Origin: Basidiobolus meristosporus CBS 931.73 | Taxonomy: Eukaryota; Fungi; Basidiobolomycota | Reading direction: 5' to 3' | DNA: 64,000 bases | Assembly (NCBI GenBank): GCA_002104905.1 | Contig: MCFE01000263.1 | Span: forward strand, 1 to 64,000 | In this document: one piece after another, positions 25,968 to 37,737 of the stretch | Numbering within the stretch: the first letter of the stretch is position 1 | How the letters are laid out: each line of letters begins with the position of its first letter | Made by a program: the position numbers and the translations under genes | Notes under the pieces: model-generated | What the model saw: only the letters and a program-made list of their open reading frames with translations | Database searches by the model: none | Told to the model about the DNA's origin: nothing

Positions 25968-26814
25968 GGTACATTGCCTGTGGACTGCATTCCAGATACT
26001 CTAGAATCAACTTGCCAAGCTGCCAAGCTTAAGAATACCTGATTCCAGAAAACAGTTTACTATCTACAGAAATGCTTCAGATTTTGCAATTAGTGGAGTA
26101 CTGAGCCAAGAATAGGAAGGAAAGGAATACCAAGTTGCTTTTTTATCTAAGAAACTGAACCTGGTAGAACAGACTATCTAGTGCTTTAGAAGGAGAAGCT
26201 AGCCATAATATACTGCTTAAAGACATGGAGATGCAACATCAATGAAGTCAAGTGAGCTGTAAAGGCTGATCATATCTTACTGATGTGTATTTACTCAGAG
26301 GGCACTATCTAGATGAGTGACAAGATGCAACAGATATAATCAGCAATTGACCACAATATTGTCTATTGCCCTGGGAGAAATAATGTTGTAGAGGATGCCT
26401 TATCATGACTAGAACAAGTAGCACAACTCAAACTGGTGCACAAATCAGATTGACCTAGCATATTACCAGACTACCTGAGGGGCCAAGCCATAACTAATGA
26501 GGTGGATGAAGATATCTAGATTATACTCTGGGATGAAGCTAGCAAGTGTGTAGTACAGGATGAAACAATCTACTAAAGTAATGATGTGAGCCCTATTGCC
26601 TATTGCACCAATGTTGCTTGCATGGATTTAACACAAAAGCTTCTCAATGGATATGGACATCTCAGAATTGAAGGAACCGGTAGTGTTGCAGAAACTACCG
26701 CATGATGGACCAGAATGAAACAGAATATTAATGTGCTAGTGAAAACATGCCCAGTTTGCCAAATCAACTAAGGTCAATGGCAGAGAATTGCTGATCTATG
26801 TTCCTTGGCATTGG

Positions 26815-27182
26815 TGTTATGATCTGCTGCTTGAATGTTAAAGTTAGATCAGTTTTTAGTCAAATCAATTAGTTATATGTGTAGGTTATCAGTATATCAG
26901 TATTATCTATCAAATCAGTAGCATTAGTCAGCAAATGAATCAGCAGATCCTTATCAGACAGAAATAATTATATTAAGTAGGATCTTATTGGGTGATGATG
27001 ATGCAATAAATGAGTCATCAGCCACAATCTGCATTAGGAAATACAATTAGTCAGCAATTGATCTGGCAAAATGTATATCAGGAGCTGATGGAACCACAAT
27101 AAAAATCAGTTCAAGTTTTAGTCAATACAATACTAGCTAAACTCCCTATTCCTCTACAACTCTTATACCAAGACTTGTAACA
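26815..27182 (+). repeat. Family A LTR (368 bp) without PPT or TSD
   Basis: Roughly 90-95% similar to the 19279 LTR; joined directly to truncated integrase sequence. Confidence 0.9.
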
Positions 27183-27594
27183 CAATCAACATTCAGACTT
27201 GAGCAGCTATACTACAAACACAAAGCTGAATGTGCAGAATGCTGCAGCTACTGAATCCATTCTCTACTCCATCTTGCTTGGTGTGTGGAGCTTGGATTGG
27301 AGGCATGCTGTAGTAGGGTCACAGTAACATCCACTGACAGATATGCTCATTCCCAAATTTTATACTTCCCTATTTCTCTACTACACTTATTTTAGTTTTA
27401 TCCCATTTGTTGTACCTGATCACTACTATCCCACAAGCCGGTTGACTATCACACCTGCTTACCTTATTTCATAAGTTATCCCTCACTTTATGTTAGATTA
27501 CTTGCAGTAATACCATATATGGTATCTCTATGTACACAGGTTTCAGAGTACCAATTCCTGATTGGTTCAATGTGCTGCCCTTCTTAGAACCTTT
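27183..27594 (+). repeat. Inverted duplicate of 7881-8292 (412 bp)
   Basis: Reverse complement matches with about 6 mismatches, all near the ends. Confidence 0.92.
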
Positions 27595-30244
27595 GGAAAA
27601 TAATTTGGTAATGTGGGTGGATCCAATCCAGATCAGCCATCAGGTTCCTGTTTGAAGACCATCAAATACAAGCAGCTTTGAATCAGTGACTCCCTTGACC
27701 ATCTTATAACCAGATCACAATGGCATTTTGCTAATTTTACTGCCAAATAAAGTTACAATACATGACTGGATTTGATTGGTGCTGTGACAATAATTGCATG
27801 GTATTGTTGCAATCTCAATGCACACTGCAACTTTTTCAAATGGATCTAGCCAGCCAGTACATCCAACTCCCTTATATGGCAAAAAGTTGAAACTATCTTG
27901 AGGGCCTCATTGTAAGTCAATGATGGCATTTTCACAGCAGTATGGTGCCCTACAACTATCTTTGTATAATGCTACCATACCAATATACCAAATGGGATTT
28001 TGTATATATATGGAGTAAGTCCCCTGGATCTCATGCATTCAACAGCATAGAACCTTGGCAGAGCCACAAGCTGTCTGTTATGCTCAGGCAGATGAGAATG
28101 TAGCCAACGCAGTGCCCTCAATTGAAGACCAGTAAGTGGCTGTTGCAACATCACCACCACCCATATTAGCAAGCATGTTGTCAGCTCATACCAAAGTATC
28201 AATGATGCAATTAGGTGCAGTGGCTGATAGGATAGATGCAATGGTCCAAGAAGCAAGGAAATAGCCCAGACACAGGATGAGCTGATAATCTGTGTAGAGC
28301 AATCAATATCCCAGGTAGAGAAAGCGGTATCTTTGCTGCAGAGAAGGAACTCAAATAGCTGAATGTACAGCCAAGTATTGAGCTATTTCTTAATGTAACA
28401 GCAGAGGAACACTGTACAGTCTTTGATGTACAACAACAGTCCTCAAAGATAAAGCCCACAGAAGAACCTATCACAGTGTGGGAAGAATAATGTGGTGTTT
28501 ACACTGCCTAAAATTAATTAAATGAGATTGAAGGTATGTCAAGTTATTGAGTGCAATAATGAAGAGTGGGCTAATATTCAAGAAGCCATCAGAAGTCTAG
28601 CATGCCATCACCTTGAGGCCTGCATACCATGGGACTATCAGGAACTCAAGGCCAAGCAGAATGCACTTGACTTGTTCCATGAGCATTATCCTGGATTCAA
28701 GTGGGCAAACAGATTGTGGGCCAGCATTGGTATGCTAAGAAAGTATCTTAAGAATAGCAGAAACTATCAAGGGCAGAAGAACAAGGGTACTATGGCTAAG
28801 GACCAGTGGCTTCCTCAAGTGCCTATTACAAGCAGGGCCAAAAGCTCCAGACAAGTGCCAAAGATATGTCAGGTAGCTGGAAGAATGCCAATCAGGGACA
28901 AGCAGGCAGACACAGATTCACCAGTGCAACATATATCAAGGAAAAAGCATAGTACCATTTCAAGAGGCACTTAGCCAAAGTAGCAGTGAAGGACCTGGCA
29001 GTGATGAAAACCAGCAGCTTTGACAGTAGCCCATCACAACTACAGTTGAGAGCTCAAAACAAGTGGAAAAGAAATGTCAGGTAGCCAGAAGAGTGCTAGC
29101 AAGGGACAAGCAGGCCAAAACAGAAGTGTCTGAGTAGAATTTATCAAGGAGAAAACTTGGTTCTTTACAACAAGCACTCAGAAAAGTAGTAGTGACAGAC
29201 CTGGCTGTGATATAGGAAAAGGTAGAGGAAAAAATGTCTACCCAAGCCTGAGACAAGGAGGCATGCAAAAAAAACTGCAGTTCTTGCTAATTAATGCCGC
29301 AAGCCTGGGACAGATTAGATCTCATCATAGCCTAGAAGAATTACCAACAAGAAAACAGCTGTTTTCACAAGAATTGGAAGTGCAGCCAGTTGAGCTACAC
29401 TCCAGCAAGATAGATGTACTTGCAGAAAATGGCAATTAGTCTACCACAGCCTCCACATCCTCCATTGTTGACAGAGTGGAGATCCCACTGACAGACATGG
29501 CTACAATGTAAAGAGCTCAAAAGACTATCCCAATGCCTTCAGTGGAATTTTGAAACATTAATAGGCACACCAAGAGGTTGCAGCACTTCTTCAATAGCAG
29601 TGCTCAAGAAAACGCACTGGAATATTGCAAGAATTTATTGCAAAGACTGGCAGAAGAGCAGCTAGACCTTGTAGTGCCACCTGAAAACCAGGACATGTGG
29701 GAACCAGTGACTGAACAGTGGCATAAAGCCGTTGGGTTCCTGCCAAAGTTGTGGAACCAGGGTGTTACAGCAGAATTACTTATTGAGTGGGAGATTTTAG
29801 TGGAGTTACTTGTTGAGTGTGGGGTTGGACTTAATGTTTATGCAGGGTATAGAGACTTGTATAGGTCAGTACATTTGGCAATTGAGGTACAACAGAAGTT
29901 TCATTGGAAATAAATCAATTTGTATGTATGAAAAGTAAGAGAAACTGTTGATTCAGGAAGTGAGGAGTGTTAAAACAATGCAATAGCCAATCAATTCACA
30001 CAAATGTAGGAGGTGATAGAGTGTCTGGGATCAGAAAGTGAGCAAATTGGCAGGGAACCAATCAAAAGCCACTTACATATTGTTGTGATGAAAATTTTTG
30101 ACTAAGTTTCTTGTGAAATCCGGGGTGCAATTACTTTTCAATGGTCTCTGGACACTATCCTGACAGGATCAGAACCTCTTAGTCACAGGACTTTAACTTT
30201 GTGATGGCTTTTTGATGGGATCATTACAAAAAATATTTGTAGAG
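27595..30244. mobile_element. Deleted CACTA-like element: transposase fragment (-) fused to companion ORF relic (+), ending in ...TAGAG
   Basis: Minus-strand homology to the CEIHG region of 35975. Plus ORFs 28522-28974 and 29578-29913 recur elsewhere. Terminus shared with 52753. Confidence 0.7.
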
Positions 30245-30430
30245 TAAACTAGCACCAACCCCAAAGGAGACATACCTTGACTTGGTCAACCCTCAACCAA
30301 ATCAAGAGAACAGGGTGCCATCTAAAAGCCCTGACTTTCCTTATCAATCTATTTTAGCAGTCTCATTTATATCATGCTTGGAGCATGTCCAGTTATCTCA
30401 TAGTCAGTGGGAGTTGTCCCCAGGAACATC
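30245..30430 (+). pseudogene. Copia C1 RT-end fragment
   Basis: Homologous to 3810-3980 ([13 protein letters not shown] region). Confidence 0.75.
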
Positions 30431-30434
30431 TGAC

Positions 30435-31510
30435 TATTATGTCAAGCCTTCATGGAAGACCTGGTATTCATAGAGGAAGAGATACCACTAACAATAGTGT
30501 TTCCAGTAGATATTACTGGGAGCATATGTATCATGATGTCCAACACTTTGTTGAATCTTGTGACATTTGCCAAAGAAGGTCAACCAAGAGATATGAGGAG
30601 CTGCTCCATCCAACTTATGCACCTTGCCTATGGCAGAAGGTTAGTATTGACCTGGTCCACATGTCAACTGCTGGAACCAAGAAGTACCTAGTTGTTGCCA
30701 GAGATGATCCAAGTGGATTGGTAGAAGCTTGAACTCTGTCCAATAGCAAAAGCCACACAATATGAAGATTTATTCTTGAAGATAAAATATGCAGATTAGG
30801 CTGCATCAGCCAGTTTGTGGCTGACCAAGGAGAAATGACTTCATATTTGATCCAGGAACTCTGCTCACAATAAAAGATTTGTATTTCTTTCACCACTGCC
30901 CATCACCCACAAGCCAATGAAATGGTTGAAAGAGGTCTTGGCCCACTTGTTAACTTACTAGTCAAGAGCTGCAAGAACATGACACTACAGTGGCCTAAAC
31001 AACTTCATCTAGCACTCTTGGCAGATAGGATCACTACAAAATGCAGCACAGGCCTATCTCCATTCAAATTTCTTTATGGTCATAATTGCATTCTTCCAGT
31101 AGAGCTAGACTCAACATCATAGAGCATGCTAGAGTGGAGAACTAATAACAATACAGAAGAACTACTGACTAAACACATCAAACAGCTTGATCACCATGAA
31201 CTTGATATTACTAAAGCAGCTGCTAAACTCAAAGAGACAAGACTTCAGAACAAGGAATCATTTGACAAGTCACATAGCCTTAGACCCAAGCCATTACTGC
31301 AAGGAGATCCAGTATTGTTCTATGATTCCACTTTAGATAAACAGTAGAGCCGCAAATATGACAATAAGTGGTCTGTTTATTTATTATTTCCAAGGTGATT
31401 GGAAATGGAGGCTACTATTTGTCTGAACTTAATGAAACACTGCTAAGAGTACCTGTGGCAGGAAACAGACTTTAACTATTTAAGCACCGGAATTTTGCAC
31501 ATCACTTTTA
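30435..31510 (+). pseudogene. Ty3 family B integrase pseudogene
   Basis: HGRPGIH...RYYW...CDICQ zinc-binding motif, WQKVSIDL, HHPQANEMVE, TGLSPFKFLYG. Confidence 0.88.
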
Positions 31511-31550
31511 GTTTGCTTTGACCTGAGTTCAAAGCTGAGAGAGGGGTGGA

Positions 31551-32643
31551 TATAGTGGGGCCAGAATGACACCCATAGGCAGATGTGCTCATTCCCATAC
31601 ATTCACTTCCCTAAAAAGAATTACTCCCCCCCTATATTAGTATCATCCCAATTTGCAATATTTTCTATCTATCTATGTAATTATTACTATGTGACCTGGC
31701 AGACTATTTGTCACTATTAACCCATTGCACAAGCTATTCCTATTCCTTGCCAAGATGCCATGATAGGATAGTTACCATATACAGCAAGTACCTGCAGCAG
31801 TGCCTATGGCATGTGACCATCCTGGTTTCATAGCCCTCCTATCCTACTACCATATGAGGTAAGTACATGACACAGAGGTTACATAATATCACTATCTGAT
31901 TGGCTAGGTGCTACTATATCTCATGGAACAATCTGCCAGGAATTTGAGCTATTTCTAGTAAACAATGACATGATTGACTCTCTACTACCTTCCAGAAACT
32001 TCTGGAAAGTATTCTCTAGCCAGAACTTGAGCAGCAAAAAAGTATATAAGGGAGGCTATCCCTAAAAATAAATCATCCCCCCTTCCAATATTCTGACTTA
32101 TTGATTAGTGAGATCACTGCTACCTATTACCACTACTTTGTGACTCAGACCTGACAATACTCCCAGGAAACCATGCTGACAGCCAACTGACCTTGGAGGC
32201 ACTACCTGTGAGAAGAAATTCTCAGAGTAGGTATATTTTATTATATTTGATTGTTTTCCCAAGTTTGTACTTGTACAGGCAAAGATACTTTTCAGCTTTT
32301 GTAACTACTGGTCAAAAGTGCATTCTTATCAAGTCCCTGTTGGTGGAGTTTACAGTTGTTCTGACTTTGGAAGCTTTAGTACACTATCATCACAAAGGAT
32401 GTGGAAGCCAGGATAAACTCTTGTTAAGACACCAACTAAGTTGGGAATTTAAGCTCAATAGTTCTCCCTTGACAAGCTTGAGGCTTTATCCCCCTTCACA
32501 TTGGATTAGATAAAAGACCCAGTATTCCTAGCAAGCTTTTGCCGCAGGTTATTGCACCTGGTGAACACCCCACACACACACACACACACACTTGAGAAGT
32601 GTTAGCCGTATTTTGCCCTTTGGACTTATACACCACCACAATG
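31551..32643 (+). repeat. 3' LTR of Ty3 family B (~1.09 kb), contains (CA)n at 32572-32591
   Basis: Follows purine tract GAGAGGGGTGGA; homologous to 7177-8166. Confidence 0.72.
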
Positions 32644-34600
32644 CTTCTTTTCTGCTTATTTCCAATTCTCAGACCATGCTATGATGGGCTTCTGAGGTAG
32701 CTGCTTGTTTTTATCACTGCCAGGTCCTGCACTGCAAATTTGACTGAGTGCTTCTTGAGTAACACCACACTTTCTCCTTGGTAAATGTTAATCTGGTGCA
32801 TATGTGTCTGCCTGCTTTTCCCTTATTGTCACTCTTCCAGCTACCTGATGTGTCTTTGATGCTTGTTTGGAGCTTTTGGCCCTCCTTGTAATGGCCTCTT
32901 AAGGAAGCTGCTGACTTTTAGCAATTGCACCCTTGTTCTTCTACTGCTGATAGCTTCTGCTATACTTGAGATACCTTCTTAGTGTACCATTGTTGGCCCA
33001 AAATCCATTTGCTAGTTTGAATCCAGGATAATGCTTGTGGAGCAAGTCAAGGGCATTCTACCAGGCCTTGGGTTCATGATGATCCCATGGTATGCTGGCC
33101 TTGAGGTGTTGCCATGCTAGACATCTAATGGCCTCTTCAATATTAGCCCAATCATGATCATTGCACTTAACAGCTTCATGGATCTTTAATATCTTTTGAT
33201 TTTAAGGCTTTGGTATAAGCACCACATTTTTACCCTCCCATGCTATGATATGTTTTTCTGTGGGCTTTATCTTTGGGGACTGTTGTTTTACCTCAAAGAG
33301 TGTACAGTGTTCCTTGACTGTTACATTGGGAAATTGCTCAATTCTTGGCCATGACATGGAGCTACTTGAGTTCCTTCTTTGCAGCAAACATACCAGACTT
33401 GTTCTGTTGCATAGAGCCACATTGAGCCATGAGTGCCAAATGATGCCATAGTGTGCCAGGGAGGCCAAGTGAGCCTACACTTGGCCAAAGAGTGTGCAGC
33501 ACAGCTCTGCATCTTCATGCAAAGCAGCCCCTGTGTTTCACTCATTTTGATGGAGAAAATCCATTTTTTGACCTTTTTTTTAGGTAAATGGTGTACAGGA
33601 TGTGCAAGTGCACAAAAGGATTGAAGATATACATCTGGTACTCAATACCCATGGCACTCTGAATCTAGCTCCTGTGGCTTGTAACATGTCACAAAAATGC
33701 ATGGCACTATCTTGGTCCACTAGTACTATCCAGCACTATTAGTGCTTTGTGTTGATCTTACTTTAGGGCTAATATTTAAATATAGTGCCGGATAGTACTA
33801 GTGAACCAAGATAGTGCCATGCATTTTTGTGACATGTTACAAGCCACAGGAGCTAGATTCAGAGTGCCATGGGTATTGAGTACCAGATGTATATCTTTAA
33901 TCCTTTAGTGCTCTTACACACCCTGCACAATATTGATCCACAAAAAAACGTCAAAAAATGGATTTTCTCCTGCATTAAAAGTGAAACATAGGGGCTGCTT
34001 TGCATGAAGATGCAGATCTATGTTTCACATTCTGTGGCCAAGTATTGGCTCACTTGGGCTCTCTGGCACACTATGGCATTATTTGGCACTCATGGCGCAA
34101 TGTGGCACTATCCAATGGAACAAGTCTACTGCATTCTCCACCTGGGATATTGATTGCTCTACACCTTTTATCTGCTCATCCTGTCTCTGGTCTATTTCCT
34201 GACTTCTCAAGGCCATCGCTTCAATCCTATTGGCCACTGCATTTAATAGCCTCATTAATGCTTTGGTATGAGCTGACAAGATACCTGCAAATACAGGTGG
34301 TAATGATATTATGTAAGCTGCTTGCTTGTCATCAACTGAGGGTATTGCTTTTGCCAAATTCTAGTCTGCCTCCACAATATGGCCAGCTTGTGGCTCCACA
34401 GAAGCTCCCAATTGCCTACTTGACTGAGAGCCTGAGGAGTCCGCACTATTACCTTCAGTGGGCACACTGTCCACAGGGCCTTTTTTGGCTGTAGCACTGC
34501 TTGTTGCACTGCTTGTTGCACTGAATGTCAAAGCAAGCTGTTGTCTAACCATTCTTCTGCTGCTGTCAGCTGTGTGGTTTGGTTGGCAACTATGTAACTT
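32644..34600 (-). pseudogene. CACTA companion ORF relic, interrupted by palindrome P5
   Basis: Reverse complement is homologous to 28090-29000 and 50700-51600, including the coiled-coil-like LMRLLNAVANRIEAM segment. Confidence 0.7.
33395..34127. mobile_element. Complete palindromic fold-back element P5 (733 bp), TSD ACC/ACT
   Basis: Arms ~33395-33740 and ~33781-34127 are inverted repeats. The empty site in the paralogue near 28330 reads AAAGAT-ACC-GCTTTC. Confidence 0.92.
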
Positions 34601-34839
34601 TGCTTTATTTTAGGATGCATATATATAGAAGTGAGTCAAACCAAAGGGGAAATGGCATTTCATATACATGTGCATGTGATGACACATCTTTATCTATGAT
34701 ACTTACTATGGCAGGTCATTATAGAGTCTTACATTCATGTAGGTGCAATGTCACAAACTCAAGACTGTCTTAAATTCACATGGGTGCTGGCAAAAAGTGA
34801 TATAATAGCGTTACATTGTTGAATGTAAGAATATCTTCT

Positions 34840-36626
34840 CCATGGACAAGATTACTTTGATCAACACTGTAAGAAAAGAGAGAAAAGATCATGTGGCCAT
34901 TGTAGCAGGTCACTTAGCCATAAAGCAAGTAGACAGCATAGGAAGTAATACAAGGATCATGGCAAGTGTTTTGCCACACAAGTCATATTTGACCATTCAC
35001 CAGTCACTACTGTACCTACAATATCTTGTTGGCCACTTGATGGAGCCTATCTCCCCTAACAGCAGTACCATGTATGAGCTCAGTCAAATCCCTAAAGGCA
35101 ATGAGACAACACCTGTTGAAAAAAATGCCAAGGATACTTTGTGGAGTCAAGTAAGCCCAGTAATCACTTACTGATGACTGATGTGATGTTGTGGCTAGAG
35201 AAGTAGTGTGTTTCCACTAATATCAGTAGTGGGGGCTTTGAGGGTTTACTACTACTTCTTGCAAAAATCATCCCAGGATGCAACTTACCATGCACATGTT
35301 ATAGGTGGACAACCATCATGTGGCAGGCAACATATGACCCAGAGACTATCCAGATACCAGCATGTGTTAACATTTGCATGGAATTCACATCAGAAAATAC
35401 CACCATTGCAAGGTGTCCAACTTGTCAGGAATCCACCACCATTGGGGGTAAACATTGCTCACACTCTGTATTTATTTGGGTAATGCCCTGTCTAAAGAAG
35501 CTCATGCAGTCCAACAAGTATTGTGAATCTATAAAGTACTGCACTCAGTATCAATTAAGCTCAAACATATCCAATATACTCAATAACAAACATTACAAAC
35601 AGCTAACAAGCATGGGCTACCTTGAGGGTATGTATGGCCATGCCTTTGCCTTGGCACTTTGCGGATTCCCCTTAAACAAGTACTCTACAGGCAAATCCTG
35701 CTAACCACTGATTCTCATCAACCTGGATCTACCACCTAGCTTGTGGTATCAGAGCAGAAATCTAATGGTAGTCTCACTGGTATCTGGGCCTAAATCACTG
35801 TCCAACCTGGATAGCTACCTATGTCCATTGCTGGATGTGCTTTGTATGCTTTCCAGCAGGATAATAGTATATGGCTGTCATGTAGAAGTGCATATTATTA
35901 TCTGTCTTGCAAATACCCCAGCCATCAGCAAGATAGCTGGCTTTTCTGGGCACAGTGGATAGTATTACTGTCAAATGTGTGAGATCCATGGGGACTTACT
36001 CCATAACTCACATGTATTATTATTACCCAAACACCAACACTGAGAATATCATCTTTCTGCAGAGAAAATGTACAGAAGTCAGCATGCAATTGCAGCAAAG
36101 TTAGCAAGCAATATGCCATTGGCCCAAATATGGAATTTATCATAAGCCAGAGATACTTAAGATAGAGGATATATATTGAAGCAAAAGCTTTCCACTGGGA
36201 GCAGCTCATTTGCATTTCAACAATATCCTCATACTGATGACTAAGTTGTACATGAGGCATTTCATGCTACATGTGCCCTTTGAGATACTGGAAAAATTTG
36301 AAAGAATAGGCTAAGTATTACTCAGTATCTGCCACCCTGAGTACTTCTCACTGGCTCCAATCAATATTCATATGCATATGCAACAATACAAATGCAAAGA
36401 CTGGATGAACTGAATATGTACTTATTCAGGTGCATTTCTCAAGCCATTCCTACCAAGAGTACATTGGAAGCATTGGGAGTCATATGTGTACATTGTAGGA
36501 ATATCTATACAGAAGCAGATCACCAATGCCAACTTGACACATCTACAGCTGTTGTGCAAGGAGCTTTTAACAGGAATTGAGCAGGTATACCACAAACATA
36601 AAGCTGAACATGTTGATCTCTTCCAC
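34840..36626 (+). pseudogene. CACTA/EnSpm Transposase_21 (Tnp2)-like transposase pseudogene
   Basis: IPACVNICM...RCPTCQE; PLILINLDLPP...SGPKSLSNLDSYLCPLLD; NTPAISKIAGFSGHSG..CQMCEIHG. These recall Tnp2-family motifs, recognised from memory. Confidence 0.75.
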
Positions 36627-37737
36627 TGTAGTGGGGTCACTGTGACACCCACTGACAGATGTGAACAATGATTGCAAGTGGTTCCTTGTCATTAATATCA
36701 TAGCTTACTTCAGCTGGAGTAAATTTTCAAGAGTAGAATGCAATAGGCCATAGCACATTCTTGTCATTGTACTGGGAAAGGATGACACCAAGGGCAAAGT
36801 CAGAGGTATTGGTTTCTTTGATGAAAGGTTTCTCCAGGTCAGGCTGGGCAAGCCGGGGGCACACAAGAAGGATTTCTTGATAGAATCAAAGGACTGAGAC
36901 TGTTCCTCATCCCAGGCCAAGGGCAGATTTTTTTGGGTGAGCTTTGTCAAGGGAGTGACTATCTTGGGGTAGCTGGCAATGAATTTACAGTAGAAGTTGG
37001 CAAATCCAAGGAAGGATTGCACTTGTTTTACAGAACAGGGAGCTTTCTAGGACTGGACAGCTTCTACTTTCTTGGGGTCCATTCTTGTTCCATTTGGGCC
37101 TATGAGATAACCTAGGAACTCAACTTCTTTCTGGTCAAGCTCAGATATTTCCAGCTTGGCATAGAAGCCAGCAGTGTCAAGCTTGGTCAAGACTTTGTTC
37201 ACATATGTATTATGTTATTCTTGAGTCTTGGAGTAGATCATAATATCCTAAGGTAGATAACTACAGATTGGTCAAGGTACTCAAGGAATATGTCATTCAT
37301 TAGGTGTTGAAAGACAGCTGGGGCATTGATGAGACCAAATTGCATAACTTTATACTCAAAGCAACTATATCAGGTTTGGAAGGTAGGTTTCCATTCATTG
37401 CCAAGCTTGATCCTGACAAGGTTAAAAGCTCCTCTGAGGGCAAATTTGGTAAATACTTTGTCAACAGAGAGCTGATCCAACAGGGTGTTGATCAGGGGCA
37501 AAGGGTAGTGGTTCTTGATTGTGATGTTATTCAGTGCACAGTAGTCTACACACTGCCTAAGGGTACTATCCTTTTTGTTGACAAAGATGATTGGGGAACT
37601 AGCAGGGGACTGGGAGTGCATAATAAAGCCTTTCTGGAGGTTCTCTTTGATATAGGCATAAAGTTCTTTCAACTTGGGCTGTGAGAGGTAGTAGATAGGG
37701 CTAAAAGGTTAGGTTTTTCTGTCTTCAAGGTCAATGG

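Larger units (their letters stand above)
18270..26814 (+). mobile_element. Old degenerate Ty3 family A copy hosting P4, the intact family A element and a solo LTR
   Basis: LTR remnant 18270-18880, PBS-like TTAGTAGCAG, gag start with internal deletion. The protease is split at GAGT and resumes at 24217; RT/RNase H run to 26814. Confidence 0.8.

Noticed and set aside
32572-32591. (CA)n microsatellite
   Set aside because: An ordinary short repeat expansion within LTR-B.
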